Below the pieces are notes generated by a model. The model searched no databases. It saw nothing but the letters and a program-made list of their open reading frames with translations, and was not told where the DNA came from. Position numbers and translations under genes: made by a program. From IMG/VR virus record IMGVR_UViG_2737471849_000005: a stretch of 37,298 bases of DNA. One strand, written 5' to 3'. The DNA comes from a virus (taxonomy: Duplodnaviria > Heunggongvirae > Uroviricota > Caudoviricetes). The stretch's first letter is position 1. Every line of letters begins with the position of its first letter. Positions 9,199 to 18,351 of the stretch are shown here, piece by piece.

Positions 9199-11535
9199 AT
9201 GATTGAAGAGGTAGTTATTGACAAAGTAGGCTCATATAATGGCCCTACTCAGCTTTTACATGGGCTTTCTAAATTTAACTATTTATATGGAGCTAATGGT
9301 GCAGGTAAAACAACTATAAGTAAAATTATTAATGACCCTGAACAATATCCAACATGTCCGATTAAATGGAAAAATAATATATCTTTAATAAGCTACGTAT
9401 ATAATAAAGATTTTGTTGAAAGAAATTTTAGTCAAGATAAAATTAAAGGTGTATTTACCCTTGGTAGCGATCTTAAGGAGGATGAAGAGAAACTAATATC
9501 TCTTGAAGAAGAAAAAAATAAGCTAATAGAATCTATTATAGCAAAGGAAAAGCTAATAGATGGTGGTGATAATATATTAGGCGTTGTTAAACAAATCGAA
9601 GACCATGAAAAATCTTTTAAAGATTCATGTTGGAAGCAAAAAGTAAAACATGATAATGTGTTCTCAAAGGCTTTTGAGGGATTAAGGAATAGTAGTGAAA
9701 AATTTAAAGCTAGAGTGTTGGCTGAGTATGAAAATAACACATCAGAAGTTTGCTCAATAGCAGAGCTAATTGAGAAAGCAAAAATTGTTTTTTCTACTGA
9801 ATTGACATCACATGTATCAATTACAATTCCATCCTTCAATGGGATAGATGATATTTTGAGTAGGGAGATTTGGAGTGAGCGTATTCTAGGGAAAAAAGAC
9901 GTTAGTGTTTCAGACTTAATTACAATGCTCAATAACAGTGATTGGGTTAAGGAAGGTTTAACATATTTCAGTAAATCTAATCCCAAGTGCCCATTCTGCC
10001 AGCAGGATGTAAATGATAATATATTTGATAATCTATCATCATATTTTGATAAAACATATGAGTTAAAAAAAAGAGAAATCGATGCATTGGTTTTACAATA
10101 TGAACATCAACTTAATAATATCTTGCAGGCGATAGATGATATAAGGGCGATTAAATCTCCATTCATAAATTATGAAGTATTTGAGGATAAGGCTAAGATA
10201 GTATTATCTGAATTAAACAAGAATTTTGAATTGGCAAAAAATAAACGCAATTTTTTAAGTGAATCAGTTCATTTTAGTGACTTAAGTGAAGTTGTTGATG
10301 ATTTTATTTCTTTTTTGAATGATTCAAATCTATTGATAGATAATAATAACAAAATACACAGTAATAGAAAGGTAGAGGCTAGTAATCTTTCTAATCAGAT
10401 ATGGGCATATATCGTAAAGGTGGAGTTAAAGTCTGAAATAACTTCTTACCGTAGCGAATCTGATAAATTTAATAGGAAGTTACAAGGACTTAAATCTGGG
10501 TTAGAGGAAGACAAAAAGAAGTTAATGTTAAATGCTTCGGCTATTGAGGCAATTGAGTCTAATAAAACCAGTACTCTTCCAACTATTACAAAAATTAACA
10601 AGATTCTGGATTCTTATGGCTTCAAAAATTTTTACTTAAAACCCTCCGAAGATAAAAAGCATTATATGATAGTGAGAGATAGTGGAGATAATGCTCGTAC
10701 AACCCTTAGCGAGGGAGAAAAGACATTTATCACTTTTTTGTATTTTTATAGCCTTGTTAGAGGGAGTGATAATGCATCAGGTGTTTTAGATGATCGTGTT
10801 GTAGTATTTGATGATCCAATTTCAAGTTTAGATAGTGATATTCTGTTTATTGTAAGTTCGTTGATTAAAGATTTAATGGAGGATGTTCGTAAGGATGAAG
10901 GAAATATTAAGCAAATTATATTCCTTACACATAATATTTATTTTCATAAAGAGTTGACTTTTAATACTAAAAGATCCGGTAATCAAGCAATGAAAGAGGA
11001 GACTTTTTGGATTGTAAGGAAAAAAGGGAAGGTCTCATATCTTGAAAAGTGCGAATCAAACCCAATAAAAACGTCTTATGATTTGCTCTGGTGCGAATTG
11101 AGAAGAACAGATATTAATAATAATACTATACAAAATACAATGCGAAGGATTTTGGAGAATTACTTTAAGATATTAGGTGGGATGGATATTAGGAAGCTTG
11201 AATGTCATTTTTATGGTGATGAAAAAATCATATTTAAATCTTTAGTGTCATGGATTAATGATGGTTCTCATTTTGCAGGTGATGATCTTTATATGAATTT
11301 AGATACGGAGTCTGTGCAAAAATATTTAATTGTTTTTCAGAAGATATTTGAGTGTAGTGAGCATACTGCCCATTACAAAATGATGATGGGTGAGTTTTAT
11401 AGACCGTTAAATGAGTCACTTCATCTACAAGATGAGTTTGATATTGATGATAGTGCGAATGATGAGTATGCTTCGTCAAAAATTGAGATAGAAGATGGAA
11501 TAAACACATCTCTACATAGCAATACATATTTGTAA
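9199..11535 (+). CDS. ABC/Rad50-like ATPase (778 aa), RloC/PrrC-like; candidate anti-phage defence protein
   Basis: The translation has Walker A GANGAGKTT, ABC-signature-like LSEGEK, Walker B/D-loop VVVFDDPISSLD and H-loop FLTHN. A long Lys/Glu-rich insert contains CPFC. The C-terminal region has RRILE (R-x3-E) and RKLECH (R-x4-H). The gene is very AT-rich. Confidence 0.7.
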   Translation: MIEEVVIDKVGSYNGPTQLLHGLSKFNYLYGANGAGKTTISKIINDPEQYPTCPIKWKNNISLISYVYNKDFVERNFSQDKIKGVFTLGSDLKEDEEKLISLEEEKNKLIESIIAKEKLIDGGDNILGVVKQIEDHEKSFKDSCWKQKVKHDNVFSKAFEGLRNSSEKFKARVLAEYENNTSEVCSIAELIEKAKIVFSTELTSHVSITIPSFNGIDDILSREIWSERILGKKDVSVSDLITMLNNSDWVKEGLTYFSKSNPKCPFCQQDVNDNIFDNLSSYFDKTYELKKREIDALVLQYEHQLNNILQAIDDIRAIKSPFINYEVFEDKAKIVLSELNKNFELAKNKRNFLSESVHFSDLSEVVDDFISFLNDSNLLIDNNNKIHSNRKVEASNLSNQIWAYIVKVELKSEITSYRSESDKFNRKLQGLKSGLEEDKKKLMLNASAIEAIESNKTSTLPTITKINKILDSYGFKNFYLKPSEDKKHYMIVRDSGDNARTTLSEGEKTFITFLYFYSLVRGSDNASGVLDDRVVVFDDPISSLDSDILFIVSSLIKDLMEDVRKDEGNIKQIIFLTHNIYFHKELTFNTKRSGNQAMKEETFWIVRKKGKVSYLEKCESNPIKTSYDLLWCELRRTDINNNTIQNTMRRILENYFKILGGMDIRKLECHFYGDEKIIFKSLVSWINDGSHFAGDDLYMNLDTESVQKYLIVFQKIFECSEHTAHYKMMMGEFYRPLNESLHLQDEFDIDDSANDEYASSKIEIEDGINTSLHSNTYL

Positions 11536-11584
11536 TTTTATTGCAATTGCCAGTAGCAACAATACGGTACTGGCAACTAATATT

Positions 11585-12616
11585 TTAGTTAAGCTCATAT
11601 GGAGAAAATTCTATAAGTTTCTCCCCGAGCCATGCGTTTATTTCCATAAATCGTTTTTGCAAAGGAATTAATTCATTTATCACAAAAACCTTACTAGCCT
11701 TCTCCACATCCCCAAACCCCCCAACATTATTAGGCATTATCCCCATCATTTGCGGCGGCACACGGTGTGCCGCCATCATGTCGTCCCGGCTCACGTTCTT
11801 GATATTCAGAAACTCATCCTTCGCCGCGACTTCTGACAACGGGATAATCTGAAGCCCGTCCTTTTTGCCGTTAGGAGAGTACATAAACAGGTTGCGGAAG
11901 TTGCCTGGCCCTTTGGCGCTTTTCATTGCGTTGCGGAGGTTGTTCACATCTTCTTGGTTCTGTGCGGCATCGGTCATGTACATGATGAAACCTGCATGGC
12001 TGCCGTTGATGTAATACTTACGGCGGAACAGTGTGGCGGACTCGTTGAGCAGGGCTGACGGGATGGCAGAGAGATAACCTGGCAGGCCGTAGATCTCCTG
12101 GTTGATGTCCGGTTCCATCAGATGAAAAATGCTGCCTTTCGTGAACTGATACGGCTGGGCTGTCATACCGTCTTGCACAAACCAGTAGGTATCCAGGTCT
12201 AATCCGCGTCGGGTGTATTTTGCCAAAGCTGGCTCAAGGGCGATAACTTCACCAAAGCGGTTCGTGCGTTTCTCCAGGTAGGCGTTACCAAATACCAGAT
12301 AGTCCTGCACAAAACGCGAAAAAGCCTGCTGGCTGAGCAGCGGATGAGGGATATAGGTACTGGTCAGAATGTTGCACTTTACTGCAATCGGGGAACTGTG
12401 ATGCACGGCGGCGCGGAAGGTGCGCGCCAGTCCATTAAAGCTGACGGGCGGCTCATACCAGCGATCCATCTGTACGCATTCCACATAGTCCAGCAGTTCG
12501 CGGCGGTCCAGCACGGGGATGGGATCACCAAAGCTGAAAGCCTCAGCCGTTGGGCCGTTGCTTGGTTTTGTGTCGTGACCAACTGTTACCTGCTTGGTGT
12601 TTTTACGTTTGCTCAT
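11585..12616 (-). CDS. Q: Portal protein (P2 gpQ family)
   Basis: A 343-aa ORF whose size and position match P2 Q. Its start overlaps the upstream gene's stop (ATGA). Confidence 0.88.
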   Translation of the reverse strand: MSKRKNTKQVTVGHDTKPSNGPTAEAFSFGDPIPVLDRRELLDYVECVQMDRWYEPPVSFNGLARTFRAAVHHSSPIAVKCNILTSTYIPHPLLSQQAFSRFVQDYLVFGNAYLEKRTNRFGEVIALEPALAKYTRRGLDLDTYWFVQDGMTAQPYQFTKGSIFHLMEPDINQEIYGLPGYLSAIPSALLNESATLFRRKYYINGSHAGFIMYMTDAAQNQEDVNNLRNAMKSAKGPGNFRNLFMYSPNGKKDGLQIIPLSEVAAKDEFLNIKNVSRDDMMAAHRVPPQMMGIMPNNVGGFGDVEKASKVFVINELIPLQKRFMEINAWLGEKLIEFSPYELN

Positions 12617-13320
12617 TCTGCCAGTTCCTTGCTAGCGAGAGGCCATTCGCACATAAACAGCATTTTCCAGTCCTCTTCTGATAATTCTTTTTTCATATCG
12701 TTCAGCCAGTTATCAGTAAACAACATTGCTCTAGATGCTGCTGCGTCATCTGCGGTGAACACCATGCTGGTTACGCTGTTGTTTCTGCATAGCTTTTTAT
12801 ATTCCTGCCGTGCCTCTGGGTTAGGGCTGGGAGTGGTGTAGTAGGTGGCGTGGTGGTGTGCGTGCATAGAAATCCCTTTAGCGATGGCAATCATATTTCT
12901 CGGTGATTCACTCCAGGCATACTCTGACACGTAAACATTTCCACTGAGTGCGGAGGTGAGACTGCGGAGGTCGGTAAAATAAATTACTGCACCATTCGGA
13001 AGCTCCAGATGACTTTTGCCTGATTTTATTTTTCCAGTGTGCGTATAAGCTGCGGCCTGGCTTAAGAATGCTGATACATAGGCTTTGATTGCCTGCGCAG
13101 ATGCTGTGCTGCAGCAGAGGAAAATCTGGTTACGCCCGGTATGCAGTGCATCGTTCAGGGCTTCATAGGAAAAAAAGAAATCCGCGCCTACCTGGCGCAT
13201 TTTTGTGAGTACACGGTTTCTACTCTTTGGGCCAGTGTTCCACTCATACTGGTAAGCAAAGAAAGAGCTATCCACCGGAAGTCCCGCGATAGTCATGAGG
13301 TTAGTTGGGATTGGGGGCAT
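12613..13320 (-). CDS. Terminase large-subunit (gpP) paralogue, ATPase-domain-only (235 aa)
   Basis: The translation aligns by eye to residues ~140-390 of the adjacent P protein (e.g. RQVGADFFFSYEALNDALHTGRNQIFL versus RQIGATFYFAREALIDALLTGRNQIFL; LPNGAVIYF versus LPNGATLYF; MLFMCEW versus LLMCEF). Its start forms TGATG with the P stop and its stop forms ATGA with the Q start. Confidence 0.7.
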   Translation of the reverse strand: MPPIPTNLMTIAGLPVDSSFFAYQYEWNTGPKSRNRVLTKMRQVGADFFFSYEALNDALHTGRNQIFLCCSTASAQAIKAYVSAFLSQAAAYTHTGKIKSGKSHLELPNGAVIYFTDLRSLTSALSGNVYVSEYAWSESPRNMIAIAKGISMHAHHHATYYTTPSPNPEARQEYKKLCRNNSVTSMVFTADDAAASRAMLFTDNWLNDMKKELSEEDWKMLFMCEWPLASKELAE

Positions 13321-15086
13321 CAAAAAATCTCCACAATATTGCTGTTATTGGCGGATTCGCCCTGCAGCGGTTCGTTAAACAGTGCGTGCATTGTTGCCCA
13401 GGCCAGATCGGCGTGGCTGGCTTCTTCGCTGCGGCTGGCTTCATAGGTCGGGCGGTTGCCGCTGGCAGTGGTGGCGCGACGGATTGCCATAAAGGACTGC
13501 GCTATGTCGGTGTGCCCGGCGTCAAACTCCAGGCGGCGGTGGCTAATAATGTCGTAGGCCTTGAGTACCAGGGCGTTTTTAACGTTGGGGTTGTAGACAA
13601 ACTCCCGGACGGCAGGAAAAAACGCTTTCACGTTCTCGTAAACCCCGTGACCGACGCCGGTTGAGTCGATACCGATGTATATCACGTTGTACTGTTCAGT
13701 CAGTTTTTTGATGGCGTCAGCCTGGGCGCGGAAGTCCATCCCGCGCCACTGGTGACGCTCAAGAATGCGGAACTTACCGCCCGGCACGGCTGGCGGTGCC
13801 ACCACCACGCACCCGGCGCTGTCGCCGTTTTGCGTACCTTTTGCCGGGTCATAACCGATCCACACTTCGCGCCAGCCAAACGGGCGCAGGGCCAGTGCAT
13901 GAAAGTCGGTCCAGACTTCCCAACTGTCCACCATGCACGCCTGCAGCTCGCTGAGCGGGAACACGGACGCGAGATCGTCCACAAACTCGCACATCAGCAG
14001 GTTCTGGTATTCGTCCGGGCTGTACTCCATGCGCAACTGATCGAGGTCGAAAAGGTTACATCCGCCGCGCACTGCATCTTCCACGGTGACTATCTGGCGG
14101 TATTGCCCGTCTGCGCACAGCAGGCCGGGGGCCAGATTGCTGTGGGACAGGTCGATGTCCACCTTATCGGCTTTGTTGCGCCCACGGTTGAACAGCGCAC
14201 CGGACCAGAACGGATAAGCACTGTGTGTCAGGCTGGATGGCGTGGAAAAATAGGTCTGTCGCCATTTTTTGTGAATAGCCATACCGGAAGCCACTTTGCG
14301 CAGCTCCTGGAATTTCGGTATCCAGAAATATTCATCCAGATACAGGTTACCGTGATAACTCTGGGCAGTGCGGGCATTGGTGCCGAGGAAATACAGTGTG
14401 GCCCCGTTGGGAAGCACCATCGGATCGCCTTTCAGCTCCACCTCCACTTCTTTGGCAAAGTCGATGATGTACTGTTTGAAGACGTGGGCCTGTGCCTTAC
14501 TGGCAGAAAGGAAAATCTGGTTACGTCCGGTAAGCAGGGCGTCAATCAGGGCTTCACGGGCAAAATAGAAGGTCGCGCCGATCTGGCGTGACTTCAGCAG
14601 GTTGCGGATGCGGTTGGTTTTTCCGGCTTCCCACCAGTGGCGCTGGTAGTTGAACATGGAGGAATGGAAAATTTCTTCCAGCTTCTCAATCTGGTCATCG
14701 GTGAAAACATTCTTTTCAGGCTGACGGCGTGGGCCTTTGTTGCGGTTGGCGACGTTAGGGTTTAAGTCGGCTTCGTTGCCGCCATTGTTAAACTTGCCGA
14801 TCCGCGCGTGGCGCTCAGACTGGCGCGCCAGCAGGTCAATCTCTTTGAAATCTTTCCCTTCTTTGTGCTCCTTCATGATGAGCTGGCAGTAGCGTGCGGC
14901 GGTGGTGAGCTGCATCTGATCCAGAGGCCCATAGTCACCCCACTTGTCGCGTTTTTTCCAGCTGTGAACGGTTGCAACTTTCTCGCCCAGCATTTCAGCA
15001 ATGCGGGCTACGCGGTATCCCTGAAAGTACAGCAGCATGGCCTGCCGACGGGGATCGAGATCTGCGGGTGTCAGTGTGGTGTTCAT
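13320..15086 (-). CDS. P: Terminase large subunit / ATPase (P2 gpP family)
   Basis: A 588-aa ORF with an N-terminal HTH-like region and an ATPase core, at the P2 P position divergent from O. Confidence 0.88.
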   Translation of the reverse strand: MNTTLTPADLDPRRQAMLLYFQGYRVARIAEMLGEKVATVHSWKKRDKWGDYGPLDQMQLTTAARYCQLIMKEHKEGKDFKEIDLLARQSERHARIGKFNNGGNEADLNPNVANRNKGPRRQPEKNVFTDDQIEKLEEIFHSSMFNYQRHWWEAGKTNRIRNLLKSRQIGATFYFAREALIDALLTGRNQIFLSASKAQAHVFKQYIIDFAKEVEVELKGDPMVLPNGATLYFLGTNARTAQSYHGNLYLDEYFWIPKFQELRKVASGMAIHKKWRQTYFSTPSSLTHSAYPFWSGALFNRGRNKADKVDIDLSHSNLAPGLLCADGQYRQIVTVEDAVRGGCNLFDLDQLRMEYSPDEYQNLLMCEFVDDLASVFPLSELQACMVDSWEVWTDFHALALRPFGWREVWIGYDPAKGTQNGDSAGCVVVAPPAVPGGKFRILERHQWRGMDFRAQADAIKKLTEQYNVIYIGIDSTGVGHGVYENVKAFFPAVREFVYNPNVKNALVLKAYDIISHRRLEFDAGHTDIAQSFMAIRRATTASGNRPTYEASRSEEASHADLAWATMHALFNEPLQGESANNSNIVEIF

Positions 15087-15132
15087 GGCACAAACCTACA
15101 GCCTTGAATGAAGGCTTTCCCCGCCTGCGGTT

Positions 15133-15150
15133 TGTGTGGTTGTCGGTACA
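15133..15150. promoter_or_regulatory. Ogr/B-type late activator site TGT-N12-ACA in the P/O divergent region
   Basis: The sequence is TGTgtggttgtcggtACA. Its centre is about 55 bp upstream of a plausible O transcription start, which fits the P2 late-promoter architecture. Confidence 0.45.
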
Positions 15151-15228
15151 AATACCGCGCATTGTTTCACTGCCCCTATCACCGCAACCATAAGGCTCCA
15201 GTAAGTTTTTTCTAACGGAGCACGGCTC

Positions 15229-16062
15229 ATGACAGTGAAAGCAAAGCGTTTTCGCATCGGGGTGGAAGGTGCCACCACCGACGGACGCGAAATCCAGCGT
15301 GAATGGCTGGAACAGATGGCAGCCAGCTATAACCCGGCGGTGTATACCGCGCTGATTAACCTTGAGCACATCAAGTCTTATCTGCCGGACAGCACCTTTA
15401 ACCGCTACGGCAAGGTGACGGCGCTGTTTGCTGAAGAAATCATGGAAGGTCCGCTGGCAGGCAAGATGGCGCTGTATGCTGACGTTGAGCCAACGGAGTC
15501 CCTGGTGGAACTGGTGAAAAAAGGCCAGAAATTATTCACCTCTATGGAAGTCAGCCCGAAGTTCGCTGATACGGGCAAAGCCTACCTGGTCGGCCTGGCT
15601 GCCACTGATGACCCTGCCAGTCTGGGTACGGAAATGCTGACATTCAGCGCCAGTGCAGCCCATAACCCGCTGGCAAACCGCAAGCAGAATCCCGCCAATC
15701 TCTTTACCGCCGCAGAGGAAACGGTGATCGAACTGGAAGAAGTCCAGGACGACAAACCGTCCCTGTTTGCCCGCGTCACGGCGCTGTTTACCAAAAAAGA
15801 GCAGTCCGATGACGCCCGGTTCTCTGATGTGCATAAGGCCGTGGAGCTGGTCGCCACTGAGCAGCAGAACCTGAGCGCACGCACCGAAAAATCCCTGTCT
15901 GAGCAGGAAGAACGCCTGTCTGAGCTGGAGACTGCCCTGCAGGCACAGCAAACCGCCTTTAACGAACTGGTGGACAAGCTGAGTCATGAAGACAGCCGCC
16001 AGGACTACCGCCAGCGTGCAACAGGCGGTAACGCCCCCGCTGACACTCTGACCAATTGCTGA
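15229..16062 (+). CDS. O: Capsid scaffolding protein (P2 gpO family)
   Basis: Position and the N-terminal MTVKAKRFRIGVEGATTDGREI sequence fit gpO. Confidence 0.85.
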   Translation: MTVKAKRFRIGVEGATTDGREIQREWLEQMAASYNPAVYTALINLEHIKSYLPDSTFNRYGKVTALFAEEIMEGPLAGKMALYADVEPTESLVELVKKGQKLFTSMEVSPKFADTGKAYLVGLAATDDPASLGTEMLTFSASAAHNPLANRKQNPANLFTAAEETVIELEEVQDDKPSLFARVTALFTKKEQSDDARFSDVHKAVELVATEQQNLSARTEKSLSEQEERLSELETALQAQQTAFNELVDKLSHEDSRQDYRQRATGGNAPADTLTNC

Positions 16063-16078
16063 TGGAGCACAAAACCTG

Positions 16079-17137
16079 ATGAAGAAGAATACCCGCTTTG
16101 CTTTTAACGCTTACCTGCAGCAGCTGGCGCGTCTGAACGGTGTGGCAGTTGAAGAACTGTCCAGCAAGTTCACCGTGGAGCCGTCTGTACAGCAGACGCT
16201 GGAAGACCAGATCCAGCAGTCCGCCGCTTTCCTGACGCTGATTAACGTCACGCCAGTGACTGAGCAGTCCGGTCAGCTGCTGGGGTTGGGGGTTGGTAGC
16301 ACCATTGCCGGAACCACTGACACCACCGCGAAAGAGCGTGAACCTGTCGATCCTACGCTGATGGTCGATGTGGAATACAAATGCGAGCAGACCAACTTTG
16401 ACACGGTACTGACCTACGCGAAGCTGGACCTGTGGGCGAAGTTTCAGGATTTCCAGGTGCGTATCCGTGACGCCATCGTGAAACGTCAGGCACTGGACCG
16501 CATCATGATCGGCTTTAACGGCGTGAAGCGTGCGAAAACCTCCAACCGTAGCGAAAACCCGCTGCTGCAGGATGTGAACAAAGGCTGGCTGCAGAAAATC
16601 CGTGAAGATGCACCGGATCACGTCATGGGTAGCACCACCACGGGCGGTGAAACCACACCGGGTGCGGTGAAAGTCGGGAAAGGTGGCGAATATGCCAACC
16701 TGGACGCCGTGGTGATGGATGCCGTCAATGAGCTTATCGACGTGGTCTACCAGGACGATGACGATCTGGTGGTGATTTGCGGTCGTGAACTGCTGTCTGA
16801 CAAGTATTTCCCGCTGGTCAACAAAGAGCAGGAAAACAGTGAAAAACTGGCTGCCGATATGATCATCAGTCAGAAACGCATGGGTGGCCTGCAGGCCGTG
16901 CGTGCGCCGTTCTTCCCGCCGAATGCACTGCTGATCACCCGTCTGGATAACCTGTCCATCTACTGGCAGGAAGACACCCGCCGCCGCTCAGTTATCGACA
17001 ACCCGAAACGTGACCGGATTGAAAACTTTGAATCCGTTAACGAAGCCTATGTGGTTGAGGACTACCGCTGCGCCGCACTGGTGGAAAACATCCAGATTGG
17101 CGACTTCAGCGCCGCAGCAGCAGAAACCGGAGCGTAA
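16079..17137 (+). CDS. N: Major capsid protein (P2 gpN family)
   Basis: The translation contains ..RFAFNAYLQQLARLNG...KFTVEPSVQQTL.., which resembles P2 N. Confidence 0.88.
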   Translation: MKKNTRFAFNAYLQQLARLNGVAVEELSSKFTVEPSVQQTLEDQIQQSAAFLTLINVTPVTEQSGQLLGLGVGSTIAGTTDTTAKEREPVDPTLMVDVEYKCEQTNFDTVLTYAKLDLWAKFQDFQVRIRDAIVKRQALDRIMIGFNGVKRAKTSNRSENPLLQDVNKGWLQKIREDAPDHVMGSTTTGGETTPGAVKVGKGGEYANLDAVVMDAVNELIDVVYQDDDDLVVICGRELLSDKYFPLVNKEQENSEKLAADMIISQKRMGGLQAVRAPFFPPNALLITRLDNLSIYWQEDTRRRSVIDNPKRDRIENFESVNEAYVVEDYRCAALVENIQIGDFSAAAAETGA

Positions 17138-17140
17138 TTC

Positions 17141-17791
17141 ATGAGCCTGAGTCCCGCACGGCAGCATCGCCTGCGTGTTCAGGCTGAACAGGCCGCCCGC
17201 GAGGGCGGCAGTGTTCGCCACGCGTCGGGCTATGACCTGATGCTGCTGCAACTGGCGGAAGACCGCCGCCGTCTCAAGGGCGTTCAGTCCACGGTCAAAA
17301 AAGCGGAAATCAAGGTGGAGCTGCTGCCGAAGTACGCCGCCTGGGCAGAGGGTGTCCTGGCTGCCGGAGGCGCTCAACAGGATGACGTGCTGATGTACGT
17401 GATGCTGTGGCGCATTGATGCCGGAGATTATGCCGGGGCGCTGGAGATCGGGCGTCATGCCCTGCGTCATGGCTGGGTGATGCCGCTGGGTAATCGCAAT
17501 GTGCAGACCGTGCTGGCAGAGGAAATGGCAGACGCTGCGCAGAGCGCAATGCTTGCCGCCACCGGCTTTGATGTCGATCTGTTGCTGCAGACGCTGGAGC
17601 TGACAGACGGTCTGGATATGCCGGACCAGTCACGGGCGCGTCTGCATAAAGCGATTGGCGCTGTCCTGAGTGAAAGCAATCCGGCTTCCGCCCTTAATCA
17701 TCTCAACCATGCGTTACAGCTTGATCCCCGCTGTGGCGTGAAAAAAGACAAACAGCAGCTGGAGCGCAGACTGCGCAATGACAGCCGCTGA
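17141..17791 (+). CDS. M: Terminase small/endonuclease subunit (P2 gpM family)
   Basis: The translation contains ..QDDVLMYVMLWRIDAGDYAGALEIGRHAL.., which resembles P2 M. Confidence 0.85.
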   Translation: MSLSPARQHRLRVQAEQAAREGGSVRHASGYDLMLLQLAEDRRRLKGVQSTVKKAEIKVELLPKYAAWAEGVLAAGGAQQDDVLMYVMLWRIDAGDYAGALEIGRHALRHGWVMPLGNRNVQTVLAEEMADAAQSAMLAATGFDVDLLLQTLELTDGLDMPDQSRARLHKAIGAVLSESNPASALNHLNHALQLDPRCGVKKDKQQLERRLRNDSR

Positions 17792-17886
17792 CAGAACGTG
17801 CCCCCGCGCACGGGCGGCACGGGGTGGCGAAAGGCGCTGCCACATCAAAATCCCGTCCACCGCCCTCTATTTCAGGAGAAAGCAGC

Positions 17887-18351
17887 ATGAAGTTTGTTGC
17901 GCCAGAACAGGCACCGGAACAGGCGGAAATCATCAGAAATACGCCGTTCTGGCCTGATGTGGACCTGTCGGAGTTTCGCAGTGTCATGCGCACTGACGGC
18001 ACGGTGACGCAGCCGCGTTTAAAGCAGGTTGCGCTGTCGGCAATTTCGGAGGTTAACGCAGAGCTGTATGAGTTTCGCAGACGCCAGCAGATGCTGGGGT
18101 ATGCGTCGTTGGCTGAGGTTCCGGCGGAACAGCTGGACGGGAAAAGTGAGCGTATTCATCACTATTTCAACGCGGTTTACTGCTGGGCACGCGCCATGCT
18201 CAACGAACGTTACCAGGACTATGACGCTACGGCGTCAGGTGTGAAGCGGGGCGAGGAACTGGCGGAAGCCAGCGGTGATTTGTGGCGTGACGCCCGCTGG
18301 GCCATCAGCCGGGTGCAGGACGCGCCGCACTGCACAGTGGAGCTTATCTGA
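17887..18351 (+). CDS. L: Head completion/stabilization protein (P2 gpL family)
   Basis: An RBS precedes MKFVAPEQ at 17887. The track's start at 17824 is an upstream extension. Confidence 0.8.
   Translation: MKFVAPEQAPEQAEIIRNTPFWPDVDLSEFRSVMRTDGTVTQPRLKQVALSAISEVNAELYEFRRRQQMLGYASLAEVPAEQLDGKSERIHHYFNAVYCWARAMLNERYQDYDATASGVKRGEELAEASGDLWRDARWAISRVQDAPHCTVELI

Noticed and set aside
9432-9986. A 184-aa minus-strand ORF inside the ATPase gene.
   Set aside because: It is Ser/Phe/Leu-rich low-complexity sequence antisense to a coding region with clear ATPase motifs, so it is most likely a compositional artefact of the AT-rich gene.
13752-14591. A long plus-strand ORF (279 aa) and other antisense ORFs across the terminase, capsid and tape-measure genes, for example 15959-16621 (minus), 30944-31732 (minus) and 17310-17633 (minus).
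   Set aside because: They lie antisense to well-supported phage structural genes in GC-rich DNA and have Arg/Ala/Ser/Pro-rich low-complexity translations, which is typical of spurious GC-rich frames.
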